This document shows positions 36,865-49,000 of a stretch of DNA of 64,000 bases, piece after piece. Below the pieces are notes generated by a model, which did no database searches, was not told the origin of the DNA, and was given only the letters and a program-made list of their open reading frames with translations. The stretch's first letter is position 1. Every line of letters starts with the position of its first letter. The position numbers and the translations under genes were made by a program. The stretch is from Andalucia godoyi And28 (Eukaryota > Protista > Jakobida): positions 62,001 through 126,000 of the forward strand of contig VRVR01000012.1 of the NCBI GenBank assembly GCA_009859145.1. Direction: 5' to 3'.

Positions 36865-39800
36865 ATGTTGAACCATTCTGCTTCCTTTTCGTCGAATGCT
36901 TCCTCTTCTGCTGCGTCCTATGCTTCTCAGGCTCCAGCACTGCCGTTTGATCTGTTTCCGTTGTCCAAGGGGACATTTTCTCCGGTGTTTTGGTCTCCGT
37001 ACGACACATTCCAGTTCGAACCGGCTGGCCACAGCTCTGTTCCATCCAATTTGATCACCCCATTGCACAACATCCGGATGCTACGATTGGCATATTTTCA
37101 AAAGATGTATGATTCTCCGGCCCCTATTTTGGAGTCTGTGCCCATCAGTGCACTGTCACGTTCGATCCCGCTCGAGCCTGACGCAACCAAGTCGCTGGCC
37201 AACTGCTGTCGATTGCTGCGATCTCGCGGGGAGGACGAGGGTAATGTACCGAGCTGGCAATCATGGTGTGGGCTGCGACGGAGACCAATTGCAGAGCGAT
37301 TTTTCCGAGCGATGAAATCGACGCAACCGTTTACGATGCGAGCCCAATCCGCGCATGACGTGGAAATGATCAATGACGTGATGGAATTGCTGCAGCGCTC
37401 AATTCATAGAAGGAGTCCTGCCAAGCGCAGGCTGAATGCTATTTGCGGATGGTTAGCATTTGCAGTATCTACGGGGTCAATTGCGGTCTTTTTAAAAGGC
37501 ATTGCAGAACTGATGGATCTTCCCGGCCCCCTTGCTGTTCCAGACAGAGAATATGACTCCGACTATGAACTGGATGTGGAAACCTTTTCATCGCTCATTT
37601 CCCAAGTGGCCGTGCATTTGGTTGGGACGTGTCCAGAAGGGAAAGGTCCTGAATTGGACATGAAAGCGGTGAGGGCCCGGCTGGAAACGTTGTCCAACGA
37701 GGCTGATTTCAATGGCGCTGTATCCCTGCTTTTGGAGCTGTTCACAGACGTTCTTCAGTCGTATGCCGTCGCGCATGAGGCAGAAGTCACTCCCGGCACT
37801 TTTTCAACCGTATCGGATATTCCGCCGTGCTGGATAGATGGCGATGTGAAGAACCTCAAGGCCCTGCTTGCCGCCATGTGGGATTTGTTGTCGAAGACGA
37901 CCACAGAATCATACATCGGCGGTGCTACCTCCCGCAATGATCATGCTTTGTACGTCGTCCGGATCATCAAGTGGGTTTTTTCGCTTGTCAACTTCTCATC
38001 TGCATTGACTGGCCAGGACAACGAATGTATCAACAATGTCAAGCAAATGCTTTCCCGTCTATTGCGATTTGGAGTCAGTAGTCGTATTTGGAACCGACGT
38101 ACGTCTTCAGAATCAACCTTTGCCTACGAAGACCCGAGTTCACCAGTTCCGAAATCCGACGACCGCGAACAGCAAACGACGGATCGAAAGCGTTCGACGT
38201 CGAATGTGCAAAGTGCGTCGTCAGATGTAGGGTTCGAGGTGGACTTGTCTCTGATGAACTCTGCCTCCATGCAAGTGGAGGCTGCGGGGGCCGTAATGAC
38301 CGGGTTTTCTTGGTTCTTTCCGACGACTTCGGCGCAAACCGCACTCTGCAACCATCTTGTGGAGTATTGTCTCGAGACTCCTTCTTGCAAAGCAGCGAGT
38401 TACCTTTTGGGAGCTCTTGCGGATAGAGTGACGCGCGATCGAGGCTTGGCTGGCCAGTTGCTCGTCTCCGAGGGTTTGATTGACCGAATTTTATCTGTTT
38501 GTTGCGGCATTTCATTTTCAAATGCCTCGAAAATAGTGGACATGGTGAAGCATCTCGCCATCGTTGCCTTTTTGACAAAGAATGTCCATGCAATTCGCTT
38601 GCTTCTTGATGGAACGTTGCGCCGTTCTGCGGGTCTTTTCGATAAGAGCCATCCCCTTGTAACTTCCATTCTCCCTTTTCTTTTGTGCAGCATGGAGATT
38701 TGCTGTCCTTCTGAGAGTTTTCGCGCAGCCTCTCAATGCATTGGCTATCTGCTGGGATGGATGACTTCCGTGAATTCTGTACGTATCTTCGCCGTAACCG
38801 AATTGCTTGTCGGCAAGGATCGCGAAAATTATGTTTACACCCCGCCTTTAGATTCTCACTTCCTGTGCATTGAATTTGCGAAGGAAAATGCCTCGGAGTG
38901 CGATTTCTCTGTTTCATCGAAATTCCTTCGTGAGTGTACCTTTTGTTCTGTTCCGGACCGGCTTGTCACCGTTGTTCCGAGCAGTCCTCTTACGATATCC
39001 ATTCGCGGGGGCTCCGGAAAAGTGCGAATCATCCCGGTTTTGTACAATTCTCCGGAGGGTGATGCCGCGGCTGTTGTTGCGTCGTTTGTGAGTTCCTCCT
39101 TTTCCCGGTCATTGTGCATCCCTCCCTATAAGCACTTTTGGTTTTTGGATGCTTCCGTTGGTTCTTTGAATTTTCCAGAAGTGAGCGTTGATGATATCTA
39201 CCGATCCATTTCGGTGATTTCACCAGTGCGTCCTGATTCTCAGAAACAATTGGAATTGCCCGTGATTCTTGCTTGCGTGCGCCTTGTTGATCCTTCATTG
39301 TATGATAAACTGCAAGCGTGCAGCCTGAACTTCTCGGCAAAAGAAGCAGGGGTTCTGAGAGAAGTGCTCCGCATCGTGGATCAGGTCCGCATATGGGCTG
39401 TCCGGCTGCGACAGTCGGGTGTAGATTATGAGAAAATCACTGCAGATTTGCGTTCGCGATGCAATTCCTTGCGTCGTTCATTCTCTCCCATGAGAAGTTT
39501 CGCTTCCTTCAATGCAGCCATAGACTTTGACGGAACAGTTGGTGAATTTGACAATTCAGGACAGCAAACGTGGGCGATACGGGTCGGGAATCAAAGTAAG
39601 CCGACTGGTAACCCGGTCACTGTCCAAGAAGACATTATTGAACTGCAGTTTTTGTCACCATCCAGTCCATTTTCAGCCGAAAATGTCTTTTCTGCGCCTT
39701 GCAAGCTCAAGGCTTGCCTGTTGGCGATGCATTTCCTGTTCGTAATTCGTACCAACATTCAAAAGAGAAAAGAACTCCTCGCCACGATTCAAAAGTTTCT

Positions 39801-42800
39801 TGTTGCGCCTGTGGTTGGTCCCGAAGAAGACGCGTTTTATTCAATCTCGTCGCTCTCGAAATCGACTGACCAGCTGCAAATGCTTTTGGTGTCATTGCGA
39901 CTCTGCCGGACGACCCTGACGACGTGCGCATCGCCGGCATCTGCAGCGGCATTGTCTCATTGCTCTACAGAGGTTTTGTATTCACTTGCGCGGTCTGTCT
40001 CTTGTGATTCTTCGTTTCTGCAGCATCCCATGGTGAGATCGGAGTGGAGAGTCATCTTGGTCGAGGCGATTCGTCGGGGGTTTTCGGATTTGTTTTTGTA
40101 CGTGCCATACAGTTGTTATTCCAGCCTTTTGGCAGCGGGAAGCATGGAGAGACTGCTGTTTTGCGACGGCTTGCAAATCCCCCTCCTTTCGCGTATTGTG
40201 ACGGATACGATTGAGCATTCCGATGTGAACTTGGCCCGTTCGTTGTTTCGAATCATGCTGGGCTCCAAGACTCTTCTGCAAAACGAGCAAGTTCGCCATT
40301 TATTGGCGAAAATCTGTTCGTGGATGATTTCAGTTCCATCGGTTGTGAATTCAGTCAAGATTGATGGTGCTTGGTTTACCGTGTTTTCTGAACTGTTTGA
40401 ATCGAAGCTGCTCGACGTTCCTGAAACAGTCCGGCTGGTTTCTTTGCTTGCGAAGGTCCTTCTTGTTTGTGGTCAAACAGCTTCTCCTGCCCTGTCTCTA
40501 GCATTTTCGTCGTTTTGCTGGCGTCTTGGCGAGGAGTTGACTCTTCTCATTCGTGGTAGTTTGGAAGGCGGGGTAGACAGACCGGGTTCTTTCCTTGTTT
40601 CGCAAGCGCTTTTGTGCGGACTTCGAGATCTGACGTCGAAGTTCGTGACTTCTGAGAACCTTTGTTTCGCTTTGCAAGGAAAAGAAACCGACACGCTTGG
40701 GCTTCTTGCTCTGATCGGAGGATTTCCCTCGCAAATGGCATTGGGTGCTGAATTGCTGGATGGGGCTTTTGTGGTGTCTTCTGTGGAAGAACACCAGGTT
40801 TTGAAGGTACGAACGAACGGAAAAGAGGAAAAGCGGTCTGCACCAACGGTCTGTGGATCTTCTGAAAAGGCTCTCGACGCAGCGACTGTCTGCTGTCTTC
40901 CGGATTCCGTGATTTCGTCGTGCATGACCATCGTTCTGTCTGCGCAAAATGATCTGTTGCGACTTTTCGCACTTCGCTCCATGTCAGCTCTGCTGCAGCA
41001 CCCATCATGCTCGAAGCTGCTATCCACCTCATTCCTGGAATTCATTTGCAAGTCATCCACTCAATACACGATCGTTGACCCTACGCTGCCCACCGAGAAG
41101 ATTTCGGCATGCACGTACACATACACTGGGAGAAATTTTGAGCCACAGCACTGGTTTTATTGCCTGACTTGCGGTATCCGGGACAAGGAGGGCGTCTGCG
41201 TGTACTGTGCGCGTACTTGTCACAAGGGACACTCTCTTGTTTATGCGAAGTGCTCATCCTTCTTCTGCGATTGTGGGGCTCAGAACAACAAGCACCGCTG
41301 CTGCTCTCTGAAGCATTCACACCCGAGAGATGACATTTCTGAAGCGGCTCTTGGACGGGCCTTGATGCGTTGCGGAGTTCTAGAGGCCATTGATAGAAAG
41401 TATTCAGCAGGTGCTTCTGAATCTTCGTCTGCGGCAGACTCTTCTTCCCTTGCGGATTCTACCACCACTTCTTCCTCTGATGACTTGACGAGTCTTGGAT
41501 ATGCTTCAGATCTTGTTTCCTTTGCTCTGCAGAATAGCGGCGGCGATCGGAATTCGGCAGCGTCCTTCTTAGCCCGGTCTTCCGTTTCCAGGAAAATGGC
41601 CGCGGTTGAATTGTCGCAGATTGGCTTTGACATTGCCATTTGTGAATACGCATTGCAATTGCATAACGATGACGCCAATTTGGCTGCAGCTTGGCTGATC
41701 GACCATCCTGATACATCCGTTCCCGTATCTGCGATCTCGGCGTCCAGTGGCACGGAAGTTGCGTTTTCGAATCTGTTTGGCAACGAGGCAGACTGTTCTT
41801 GGGACTTCAATCCAGATCCGAAGGCCGTGTCGCAATCGGCGGTGCGAACTCTTGCACAGCATGCTCGTCCTGATTTATCTGTACCTATTCCGATTGAGAG
41901 ATCTCCCTTACCTGTGAAAGCTGTAGTGTTCCTGACGAACAATGCGAAGGCGGTTGATTCTTCTGCGCCCCCGGTACCTGGAAGCTCATTGCGAGACGCT
42001 TTGGCACCGTTTTTCGGAGAAGTGGGACTGGTTGTCGCCACCGGCTACAAGCGAGCAGATGTTGTTTTCCGACAGGACGGTGCGCGGTTTGGGATCAAAA
42101 CGAAGTACATGTACAGGTTTCTTCCGCAGGTCTTCTGCGGCGGAGCTGCAGGCAAGATCTCCTCAACGATTGACAGTCTTCTCAACGCGGTGATTGTCCT
42201 TATTTCCCGACGGCTCTCATGGGAATTGACAGTGCACTGTTCAGAGGTCCTTGCCGTGTTTGAGAATCCGGCCTTGGTTGCCCGTAGTCTGTCTATGCAC
42301 CGGAAATGGTGGCAGTATTCAGGAGCTGGCTGCTCTGACGTTGGCGACCACAAGGAGCTTGCGGCCTTTTCTCAAGTGTTCCGCCAATGCAGTTTTTCCA
42401 ACACTGAATCCATGTTTTTGGATGGCATTAATGTTTTTTCAAAGTATGCCAGTACTCGTTTTCATCTCCGTATCGAAGAGTCTCGACATCCAATTGCTAC
42501 TTCCACAAATGCAAAAGAAGTCCACATCTTTGGAGCAGCATCGATCCTCGTGTCTTTTGACCCCCAGTGTCGGTTGGGCTCAGGGGAGTCTCTTGTGTTC
42601 TTCTACGATGAGAAGTGCTCGCAGATAGCATCAAAGTTCACGTCTTCGAATTTGAAAGCGAAGGTGCCCTACGTCATTCCTGCGTCACGATTCTGGTATC
42701 GATACGTTTGCCAAAATTCTCAAAGTGTATCTTGGGGGTTCCGGTTTTCGGCGTCTCCCCTGTCTTGGAAAATATCTGCTATTCGGCAAGGAAGTGTCCC

Positions 42801-45800
42801 CAACATTTGGATTGCGTTGAATAGTTTGATCTTTTTAAACTCGCTTCTTGAAGTGGATTCTCCCCATGTTGCAGCGTTGCAAAAGAGCGAGGTTGTGCAG
42901 CCTTTGTTGGACAATGCGTTGCTGTTTGTGCTCACACCCAAAGCCCCTGCTCGGAAGGACGTTGCCCAAGTGTTGAGCAGCATTTCTCAAAAGCTTCATA
43001 TGCTTCCTCCGGCGCAGCGATTTTCGCTGGACTTGCTGAAACGGGCCCGCATTGAGATTGAGCGAGTGTATCGCAGACGCGAGAAGGATGCAGTCTTGGA
43101 CGACGAGATTTTCTTGACTGTCGTCGAATGTTTCGTTCGTTTGCGCCGATTCTTGGTGTCCGATTTATGCATTCGAGGATTTTCTAGTATTTTGTCGGGC
43201 GATTCTGAGTCTCACAAGTACACAGTGGCCGCACACAGCCGCAGCATCAAAACTGTTTGCTATTCGTGTGCTCAACAGTGGCCTGGACCAGAAACTCCTC
43301 GATACAAAGCGTATGCCGCAGGAGGATGTGAGTCGGAGCTTCCGTCTTCTGAGCAGTTTCAATGGTGGAAGTCAGACCCTCTTGTTTCTCACAACGCTAC
43401 AGCCATGCAAGACGTAGATCTTCGTACGGCAGCGGGCGAGAATCCGCACGAGTGTTTTGAGCATGCATCGTGGCTTGATCGAATGTATCATGTGGTTTTG
43501 ATTCTGCAATGTTTTGATTCCAGGAAATCTTTGCCTCCATTGTTCTTAACTGAAGCATGGATGGAAACCAGAAAGAAGGTTGTCGTTCGAGAAACTCCGC
43601 ATCCATATTCTCGTGTTGATGCACAAGGTGCAATCCAGCTTCCAGGAGCAAAATCGCTTCTGGTTTCTTTCGATAAGCGTTCTGCGACGGATGCCTTTGA
43701 GAGCGTTCGGTTTTCGCTTCAGGATACATCGCATGACGAGTTGGGGTCATTTTCAGGCGAGGATCTTGCTTACAAACGCGTTGTCATTAATGCAGATTCG
43801 TTCTTCTATTCGTTCCAATCCGGCGGATATATCCACGATACGGTCACTTGCGATGCATGTAGTATGTCCCCTATGCTCGGCAAGCGGTACAAGTGCACAT
43901 GCTGCGAGGACTTCGATATTTGCGAAAAATGTTTCCCCCGTATTCGAAGTCAACACGACGACACGCATGCGTTTTTGCAGATCCGCAGACCCGCGCAATT
44001 GAATCCAGCGCGAATTCCGTGTTTGTATCCCGAGTCCTGGAAGCACAGCGCTGCATTCAAGTCCGACGTGCATACCGGTGTCCGTTGTGATCACTGTGGA
44101 ACGAAGCCTATTCGCGGGGTCCGCTATCGGTGTGAGAATTGCCACGAGTTCAACCTGTGTGAAAGATGTGCGCAGAATCCAGATGCGAATCATGATCGTC
44201 AGCATTCGTTTCTGGTTGTGACTCGACCGCTTCCACCAGAGTCGCAGCTGCCATCAAACAATCTGCCGTATGGGTTGCTGTACAGGAAGGAGCGTGATTC
44301 ATTTTGGGGCTGGTCTTTTACCGTGTCTGCAAATCTATCTCGAGACGAGATGATCCGGTTGTTGGCAGAGAATCGCGAGGAACTTTGTTCTCTGTCAAAT
44401 GCGATGCGTGATTGGCCGTCTGACGTTGACAAGGATCTGGTGGCATATGCGAATGAGGTGTGCGAGCAAGGGTGGTTAAATGTTCAGCCCCATGAATTGC
44501 AGCATAATCATATTGATGCCTTGAGGTTTCCGCGATTGGTAAGTGTCCCGATCGACCGTTTGCGTTTTCGGTTTGTCGTTTTGAAACTCTTGAATTCAAA
44601 GTTGGCGCCGCTGTTGCCTCTTATGTTGCTGCAACCTCGTTTGGAGGGTTGTCCTTCGGATTCTCTGGGGATGCTAGTTTCCCGCTTGCGCTCTCTCATT
44701 TTTTATGACACCAAACTGGACATCTGGAACCGTGCGCTGTCGCAGTCTCATTCTGAAAAAGAGGTTTGCATGGCGTATCTTAACAGGCATATGATTGCCC
44801 AGTCTGCAGACAAGCCCCTCCGCGTTCGAGCAAAGTTTTCTATTTTTGGGCAGGCGTTCGCGCAGCTCCATGGTGCGGCCGGGGAGCTCATGAGGAGAAA
44901 GGATCGAGCATTCAAAGTTACATTTGTTGGGGAAGGATCAGATGACTATGGCGGACCATATCGCGATGCGCTTACGCAGATGGTTGCCGAGTTACAGGAC
45001 GGCACATCTTCAGGTCTTTTGATGCGCACGCCAAACGGGATTTCAGATGCTGGCGATTCACGGGAGAAGTTTATGCCGTCTCCAAATGCTTGTACGCCGT
45101 ATGATCTCGAGCAGTACAAGTTCCTGGGAAGGTTAATTGGTGTTGCTCTGCGTTCCAAAAATCATCTGGCACTTGATCTTTCGAATCATTTGTGGAAATC
45201 GATGGTTGGGCTCTCGTTAGACAGGGCAGATCTTCGATCTGTTGATGAATTCGCTGTTCACTTTACCGACTCGCTTCGAGAGCTGTCAGGTCCAGATGCC
45301 GAGGAGACGTTTCACTCTCTGATCGAGTCAAGCTGCACGTGGGTGGTGAAGCTTGCGGATGGATCCGAAACAGCATTAATCGGAAATGGCAAGCAGAACG
45401 TTGTTTCTTTCCAAGACCGCCTCATGTATGCCGATCTGTATGAGCAAGCGCGCATTCACGAAGTTGATCGCCAAGTGGAAAAGATTGTAGAAGGCGTGAA
45501 CGATGTCGTTCCTGGAAACAGGTGGCTAACGCTCTTCGGAAACAGAGAAGTGGAAATGCTGGCATGCGGCTCGCCTTCGGTGGATCTTGACATGTTAAAG
45601 CGGCATACCGTTTACGAGGGCTTCAATGCAAAGTCCAAAGTGATCGTGGATTTCTGGTCGGTACTGGAAGAAGCTTCCTCTGAAGACCGGTCGATGTTCC
45701 TTCGTTTTGTCTCTGGTCGGGCAAGACTTCCTTTGACGGACAGTGCGTTTGATCGACCAATGAAAATACAGGTGCTCGATCGTCCGCGGCCTGATGATTA

Positions 45801-45990
45801 TTTACCATTGTCACACACGTGCTTCTTTTCCATTGAGCTGCCGAAGTATTCGAACAAAGAAGTGTTGCGATCTAAGCTTCTGTACGCAATTCGTCACTGC
45901 ACAGCTATTGATACCGATTTCACACAAGGCGGCGAAATTAGTCGCCATATGGAATGGAATGATGTCAATGATCTCGAAACACCGCTGTAG
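36865..45990 (+). CDS. Giant HECT E3 ubiquitin ligase with UBR-box, two UBA-like, two CUB-like and two ZZ domains
   Basis: UBR box CTYTYTG..QHWFYCLTC..GVCVYCARTCHKGH..FFCDCG (~41110-41280); ZZ fingers CDAC...YKCTCCEDFDICEKC and CDHC...YRCENCHEFNLCERC (~43850-44170); HERC2-like HECT FVGEGSDDYGGPYRD...LPLSHTCFF with catalytic Cys at 45820. Confidence 0.94.
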   Translation: MLNHSASFSSNASSSAASYASQAPALPFDLFPLSKGTFSPVFWSPYDTFQFEPAGHSSVPSNLITPLHNIRMLRLAYFQKMYDSPAPILESVPISALSRSIPLEPDATKSLANCCRLLRSRGEDEGNVPSWQSWCGLRRRPIAERFFRAMKSTQPFTMRAQSAHDVEMINDVMELLQRSIHRRSPAKRRLNAICGWLAFAVSTGSIAVFLKGIAELMDLPGPLAVPDREYDSDYELDVETFSSLISQVAVHLVGTCPEGKGPELDMKAVRARLETLSNEADFNGAVSLLLELFTDVLQSYAVAHEAEVTPGTFSTVSDIPPCWIDGDVKNLKALLAAMWDLLSKTTTESYIGGATSRNDHALYVVRIIKWVFSLVNFSSALTGQDNECINNVKQMLSRLLRFGVSSRIWNRRTSSESTFAYEDPSSPVPKSDDREQQTTDRKRSTSNVQSASSDVGFEVDLSLMNSASMQVEAAGAVMTGFSWFFPTTSAQTALCNHLVEYCLETPSCKAASYLLGALADRVTRDRGLAGQLLVSEGLIDRILSVCCGISFSNASKIVDMVKHLAIVAFLTKNVHAIRLLLDGTLRRSAGLFDKSHPLVTSILPFLLCSMEICCPSESFRAASQCIGYLLGWMTSVNSVRIFAVTELLVGKDRENYVYTPPLDSHFLCIEFAKENASECDFSVSSKFLRECTFCSVPDRLVTVVPSSPLTISIRGGSGKVRIIPVLYNSPEGDAAAVVASFVSSSFSRSLCIPPYKHFWFLDASVGSLNFPEVSVDDIYRSISVISPVRPDSQKQLELPVILACVRLVDPSLYDKLQACSLNFSAKEAGVLREVLRIVDQVRIWAVRLRQSGVDYEKITADLRSRCNSLRRSFSPMRSFASFNAAIDFDGTVGEFDNSGQQTWAIRVGNQSKPTGNPVTVQEDIIELQFLSPSSPFSAENVFSAPCKLKACLLAMHFLFVIRTNIQKRKELLATIQKFLVAPVVGPEEDAFYSISSLSKSTDQLQMLLVSLRLCRTTLTTCASPASAAALSHCSTEVLYSLARSVSCDSSFLQHPMVRSEWRVILVEAIRRGFSDLFLYVPYSCYSSLLAAGSMERLLFCDGLQIPLLSRIVTDTIEHSDVNLARSLFRIMLGSKTLLQNEQVRHLLAKICSWMISVPSVVNSVKIDGAWFTVFSELFESKLLDVPETVRLVSLLAKVLLVCGQTASPALSLAFSSFCWRLGEELTLLIRGSLEGGVDRPGSFLVSQALLCGLRDLTSKFVTSENLCFALQGKETDTLGLLALIGGFPSQMALGAELLDGAFVVSSVEEHQVLKVRTNGKEEKRSAPTVCGSSEKALDAATVCCLPDSVISSCMTIVLSAQNDLLRLFALRSMSALLQHPSCSKLLSTSFLEFICKSSTQYTIVDPTLPTEKISACTYTYTGRNFEPQHWFYCLTCGIRDKEGVCVYCARTCHKGHSLVYAKCSSFFCDCGAQNNKHRCCSLKHSHPRDDISEAALGRALMRCGVLEAIDRKYSAGASESSSAADSSSLADSTTTSSSDDLTSLGYASDLVSFALQNSGGDRNSAASFLARSSVSRKMAAVELSQIGFDIAICEYALQLHNDDANLAAAWLIDHPDTSVPVSAISASSGTEVAFSNLFGNEADCSWDFNPDPKAVSQSAVRTLAQHARPDLSVPIPIERSPLPVKAVVFLTNNAKAVDSSAPPVPGSSLRDALAPFFGEVGLVVATGYKRADVVFRQDGARFGIKTKYMYRFLPQVFCGGAAGKISSTIDSLLNAVIVLISRRLSWELTVHCSEVLAVFENPALVARSLSMHRKWWQYSGAGCSDVGDHKELAAFSQVFRQCSFSNTESMFLDGINVFSKYASTRFHLRIEESRHPIATSTNAKEVHIFGAASILVSFDPQCRLGSGESLVFFYDEKCSQIASKFTSSNLKAKVPYVIPASRFWYRYVCQNSQSVSWGFRFSASPLSWKISAIRQGSVPNIWIALNSLIFLNSLLEVDSPHVAALQKSEVVQPLLDNALLFVLTPKAPARKDVAQVLSSISQKLHMLPPAQRFSLDLLKRARIEIERVYRRREKDAVLDDEIFLTVVECFVRLRRFLVSDLCIRGFSSILSGDSESHKYTVAAHSRSIKTVCYSCAQQWPGPETPRYKAYAAGGCESELPSSEQFQWWKSDPLVSHNATAMQDVDLRTAAGENPHECFEHASWLDRMYHVVLILQCFDSRKSLPPLFLTEAWMETRKKVVVRETPHPYSRVDAQGAIQLPGAKSLLVSFDKRSATDAFESVRFSLQDTSHDELGSFSGEDLAYKRVVINADSFFYSFQSGGYIHDTVTCDACSMSPMLGKRYKCTCCEDFDICEKCFPRIRSQHDDTHAFLQIRRPAQLNPARIPCLYPESWKHSAAFKSDVHTGVRCDHCGTKPIRGVRYRCENCHEFNLCERCAQNPDANHDRQHSFLVVTRPLPPESQLPSNNLPYGLLYRKERDSFWGWSFTVSANLSRDEMIRLLAENREELCSLSNAMRDWPSDVDKDLVAYANEVCEQGWLNVQPHELQHNHIDALRFPRLVSVPIDRLRFRFVVLKLLNSKLAPLLPLMLLQPRLEGCPSDSLGMLVSRLRSLIFYDTKLDIWNRALSQSHSEKEVCMAYLNRHMIAQSADKPLRVRAKFSIFGQAFAQLHGAAGELMRRKDRAFKVTFVGEGSDDYGGPYRDALTQMVAELQDGTSSGLLMRTPNGISDAGDSREKFMPSPNACTPYDLEQYKFLGRLIGVALRSKNHLALDLSNHLWKSMVGLSLDRADLRSVDEFAVHFTDSLRELSGPDAEETFHSLIESSCTWVVKLADGSETALIGNGKQNVVSFQDRLMYADLYEQARIHEVDRQVEKIVEGVNDVVPGNRWLTLFGNREVEMLACGSPSVDLDMLKRHTVYEGFNAKSKVIVDFWSVLEEASSEDRSMFLRFVSGRARLPLTDSAFDRPMKIQVLDRPRPDDYLPLSHTCFFSIELPKYSNKEVLRSKLLYAIRHCTAIDTDFTQGGEISRHMEWNDVNDLETPL

Positions 45991-46025
45991 GCCAGGTGAT
46001 GGTGGTCGTCTGCATTTTTTACGAA

Positions 46026-49000
46026 TTACGATTTTCTTGTTGAAGAAGCCAAACCGCTCGAGTGAAATGAGGGTTCGAAAGCGCTTTGGCGAACTCGGAT
46101 GCGACTTGTACTCAGCGAGCTCAGGTGGTGAGACGGAAACAGTGCTAGCGGGTGCGGCGAACTACCCGCAACAGGAGGAGGAGACTGCATCGGTGGCAAA
46201 CTGCGACCTACAGAAGGAAGAACCCGGCCGTTGCCGGAATTGGTCAATTCAGATGTGAAGAGGATGGGGGATGGCAACAGTGGATTCAAGTTGACCTTTC
46301 TGCCTGGATGCACCCGACTGTCACCCACGTCGGTGATGGGCCGCTTAAAGGGCATCATCTTGAGCCCCCCCGCAAAGGAGTCCGAAGGTGGCGGGATGAG
46401 CTTCTGTTGCGATTCCATAACAGAAAGATCTTCACTCAGTACCTTTTCTTTTTGGCGATTTCGCTTCAGCAGGATACGATATAAAATCAGCAAATACTCA
46501 GCAATTGCAGCGATCATGTCAAAAAGACTGAAGACCGTTACTACAAGGACCGTGCACATTTGCCAGATGGACAGAACGAGTGTTCGTTTGCCCATTTCCG
46601 GGTTCGTCCTGTCGTCAATATTTGTCAGTGTCATGATGAGGCATAGCTGGCCAACGTCAGAGAGATAGACGATAGCGGTCGTGAGAATGTCTCTTCGAGA
46701 TTTCAAAGGTCGCAAGACGAAAAACGCCAACGCTCGCGAGAGAGCCAGAACCAAAATGAGATCCCATTGAATTGGAGATCTCAACCATCTGCCAAGCAAG
46801 ACGAACGCAGCATCCAAAACACTTCCGAAAAGCTGCAGGAAAGGGAACCACCAAAAACTGGGCTTCAGACCGGATATGATGAATGCCGCTTTTGATAAGC
46901 CGTCTTCGTTCCTCAACGTTGTCTTGCGAAAATAAGGGATCCAACGCACAAAAATCACTGTGACATAGAGTCCCGCTGCTACGGTGATCAAAATTTGCTC
47001 AGGCAGAGGACGGTCGTCCCAGTAACCAAACATCTGAATGCCAAACCCGAGAGTCAGAGGAAATGCCGCATTGGCGAACAGCACCCAGTACAAATTGACA
47101 AAAAACAAGTTCGTGGCGCGAATAAAACCTCGAATCCTTGCATTCCTCTCATTCTCAGAGAGGGACTTCCACATGAAAAGAACGAGTAACGACGTCAAGC
47201 AGAAACGGGCAAACGCGATGATCGCCAGGTGAAGCAGCATTATTCCAATAGACCCAAACACACACAGCATGAGAGTTATGGTCCCCATGCACTCCTGCGA
47301 TCGAAACAAGTCGTAACTGTAAATCTGCAGATTTGAATCCGCTCCCAAATCCAAGTTGAGCGCCGTGCATCCCATTATGGAGTCCATCTGCAACAAATCC
47401 AACAGTGTGAAGACCCAGGAAAATAACGGCATGGCCATCCCTTCTGCAAACCGGACATACCACACCGGGTACATAATTTGCATCAAGGAAATGCGAGAAA
47501 TTAGTTCCATGCTCCCAACAAGCATCACCAGCCCGGGACCTGAGACTGCCGAGACGGCGACAGTGGCTTGGCTGGTAGCAGAAGACGATTCTGGAGAAAC
47601 AATATCTCCACCAGGGATTGACGGCGGCGAAATTGTTTCTTCGGCAGCGATCACAGGTTGACTACAATCTCGGCCTTTCCACGTTGACAAGCAAACACAA
47701 TTACCAGCGCCATTGCAAGTCCCATGTCCTGAGCAATTTCCTTCAGGAGTGCACGAGATGTTGCAGGATGGATAGGGAAATAGTCCCTGAACACAAGAAT
47801 CGCAGAGACCGCCGGTAAATCGGGATGGACAGATGCAAGAACCGTTTCCAGAAAAGCCATCTACACAGACACCGCCATTCTGGCACACAGGGCATGGTAC
47901 ACAATTTTCTCCGAAAAAAGACCGATTGCAAACACTGCAAGCCGTCTTTTGAGCGTTTGGATAGACATTCAAAGGACAGGGATCGCACGATAAGCCTTGT
48001 GCTGAAAAGGATGTTTCATTGCACGACACGCAATGCGACTGCAGCACACTGGGTTGAGTACCCGGAAGACACCGAACGCACTGAAAATCTGTATCTGCGT
48101 TCGACACCAAACCCGAAGGACACGGTACGCAAGCGCTTCGATCGGGGGAAACGCGAAAACCAGAAGCACTGCAGCCTGCACATCTCCAGCCACTGGAACT
48201 CCCGGAAAACGATCGCGGGCCGCAGTCTATGCAGCCGTCATGCGCCACGGTCGGCTCGAAACCGCTTATGCAATGTACGCACACATGGGACGTCGTTGCG
48301 TTGGAGAAGTATTCTTCCGGACAAGAAACACACGATGAGCGATACGCGTCCGGTTGAAAACCGTCCGGGCAATGCGCGCATTGGAATCCAAGGAAAACAT
48401 CAGAATACATGTTCGAAGGACATATCACACATACGTTCTGCCACTGATTGTTCGTCCATCCCGGATCACAAGGTCGACATCGAAACCCATTCTCTTTTCT
48501 GGAAATATGACCGGTTGCGCACTTTGCGCAAGAAGAATTGACGACATTCGGTTCATGCCCAACGGGGCACTGCGTGCAACGGAACCCCGTAGATGAATTT
48601 CTGTACTCGCCGGGCAGACAAGGAGTGCAATCTAATCCGCTGTTCATCATCTGCTCTCCCAACGGGCATTCCGTACAAGCAAACCCAGAGGATGCGTTTG
48701 AATACTGTGAAACGCCGCACTTCGTACACGATGAGAAACTCGAGGACGATTCATGTCCAACTGGGCACTGCTTACAAACAAACCCGGAGGACTGATTGGA
48801 AAAGCTGCCTCTTCTGCATGGAATGCAATTGTCTCGGCTCACATTGGGCTCGAATCCGCTGGGACAAGAGATACATATGTTGCCGCTGGAAGAGTTGGAA
48901 AACACCCCGTCGGCGCACGGCACACATCCAGTGAGAAGTGGCTCCGGTTGATACCCGTTTGGACAATATGCACACTGGAATTCCCGGATTGCATCTGAGT

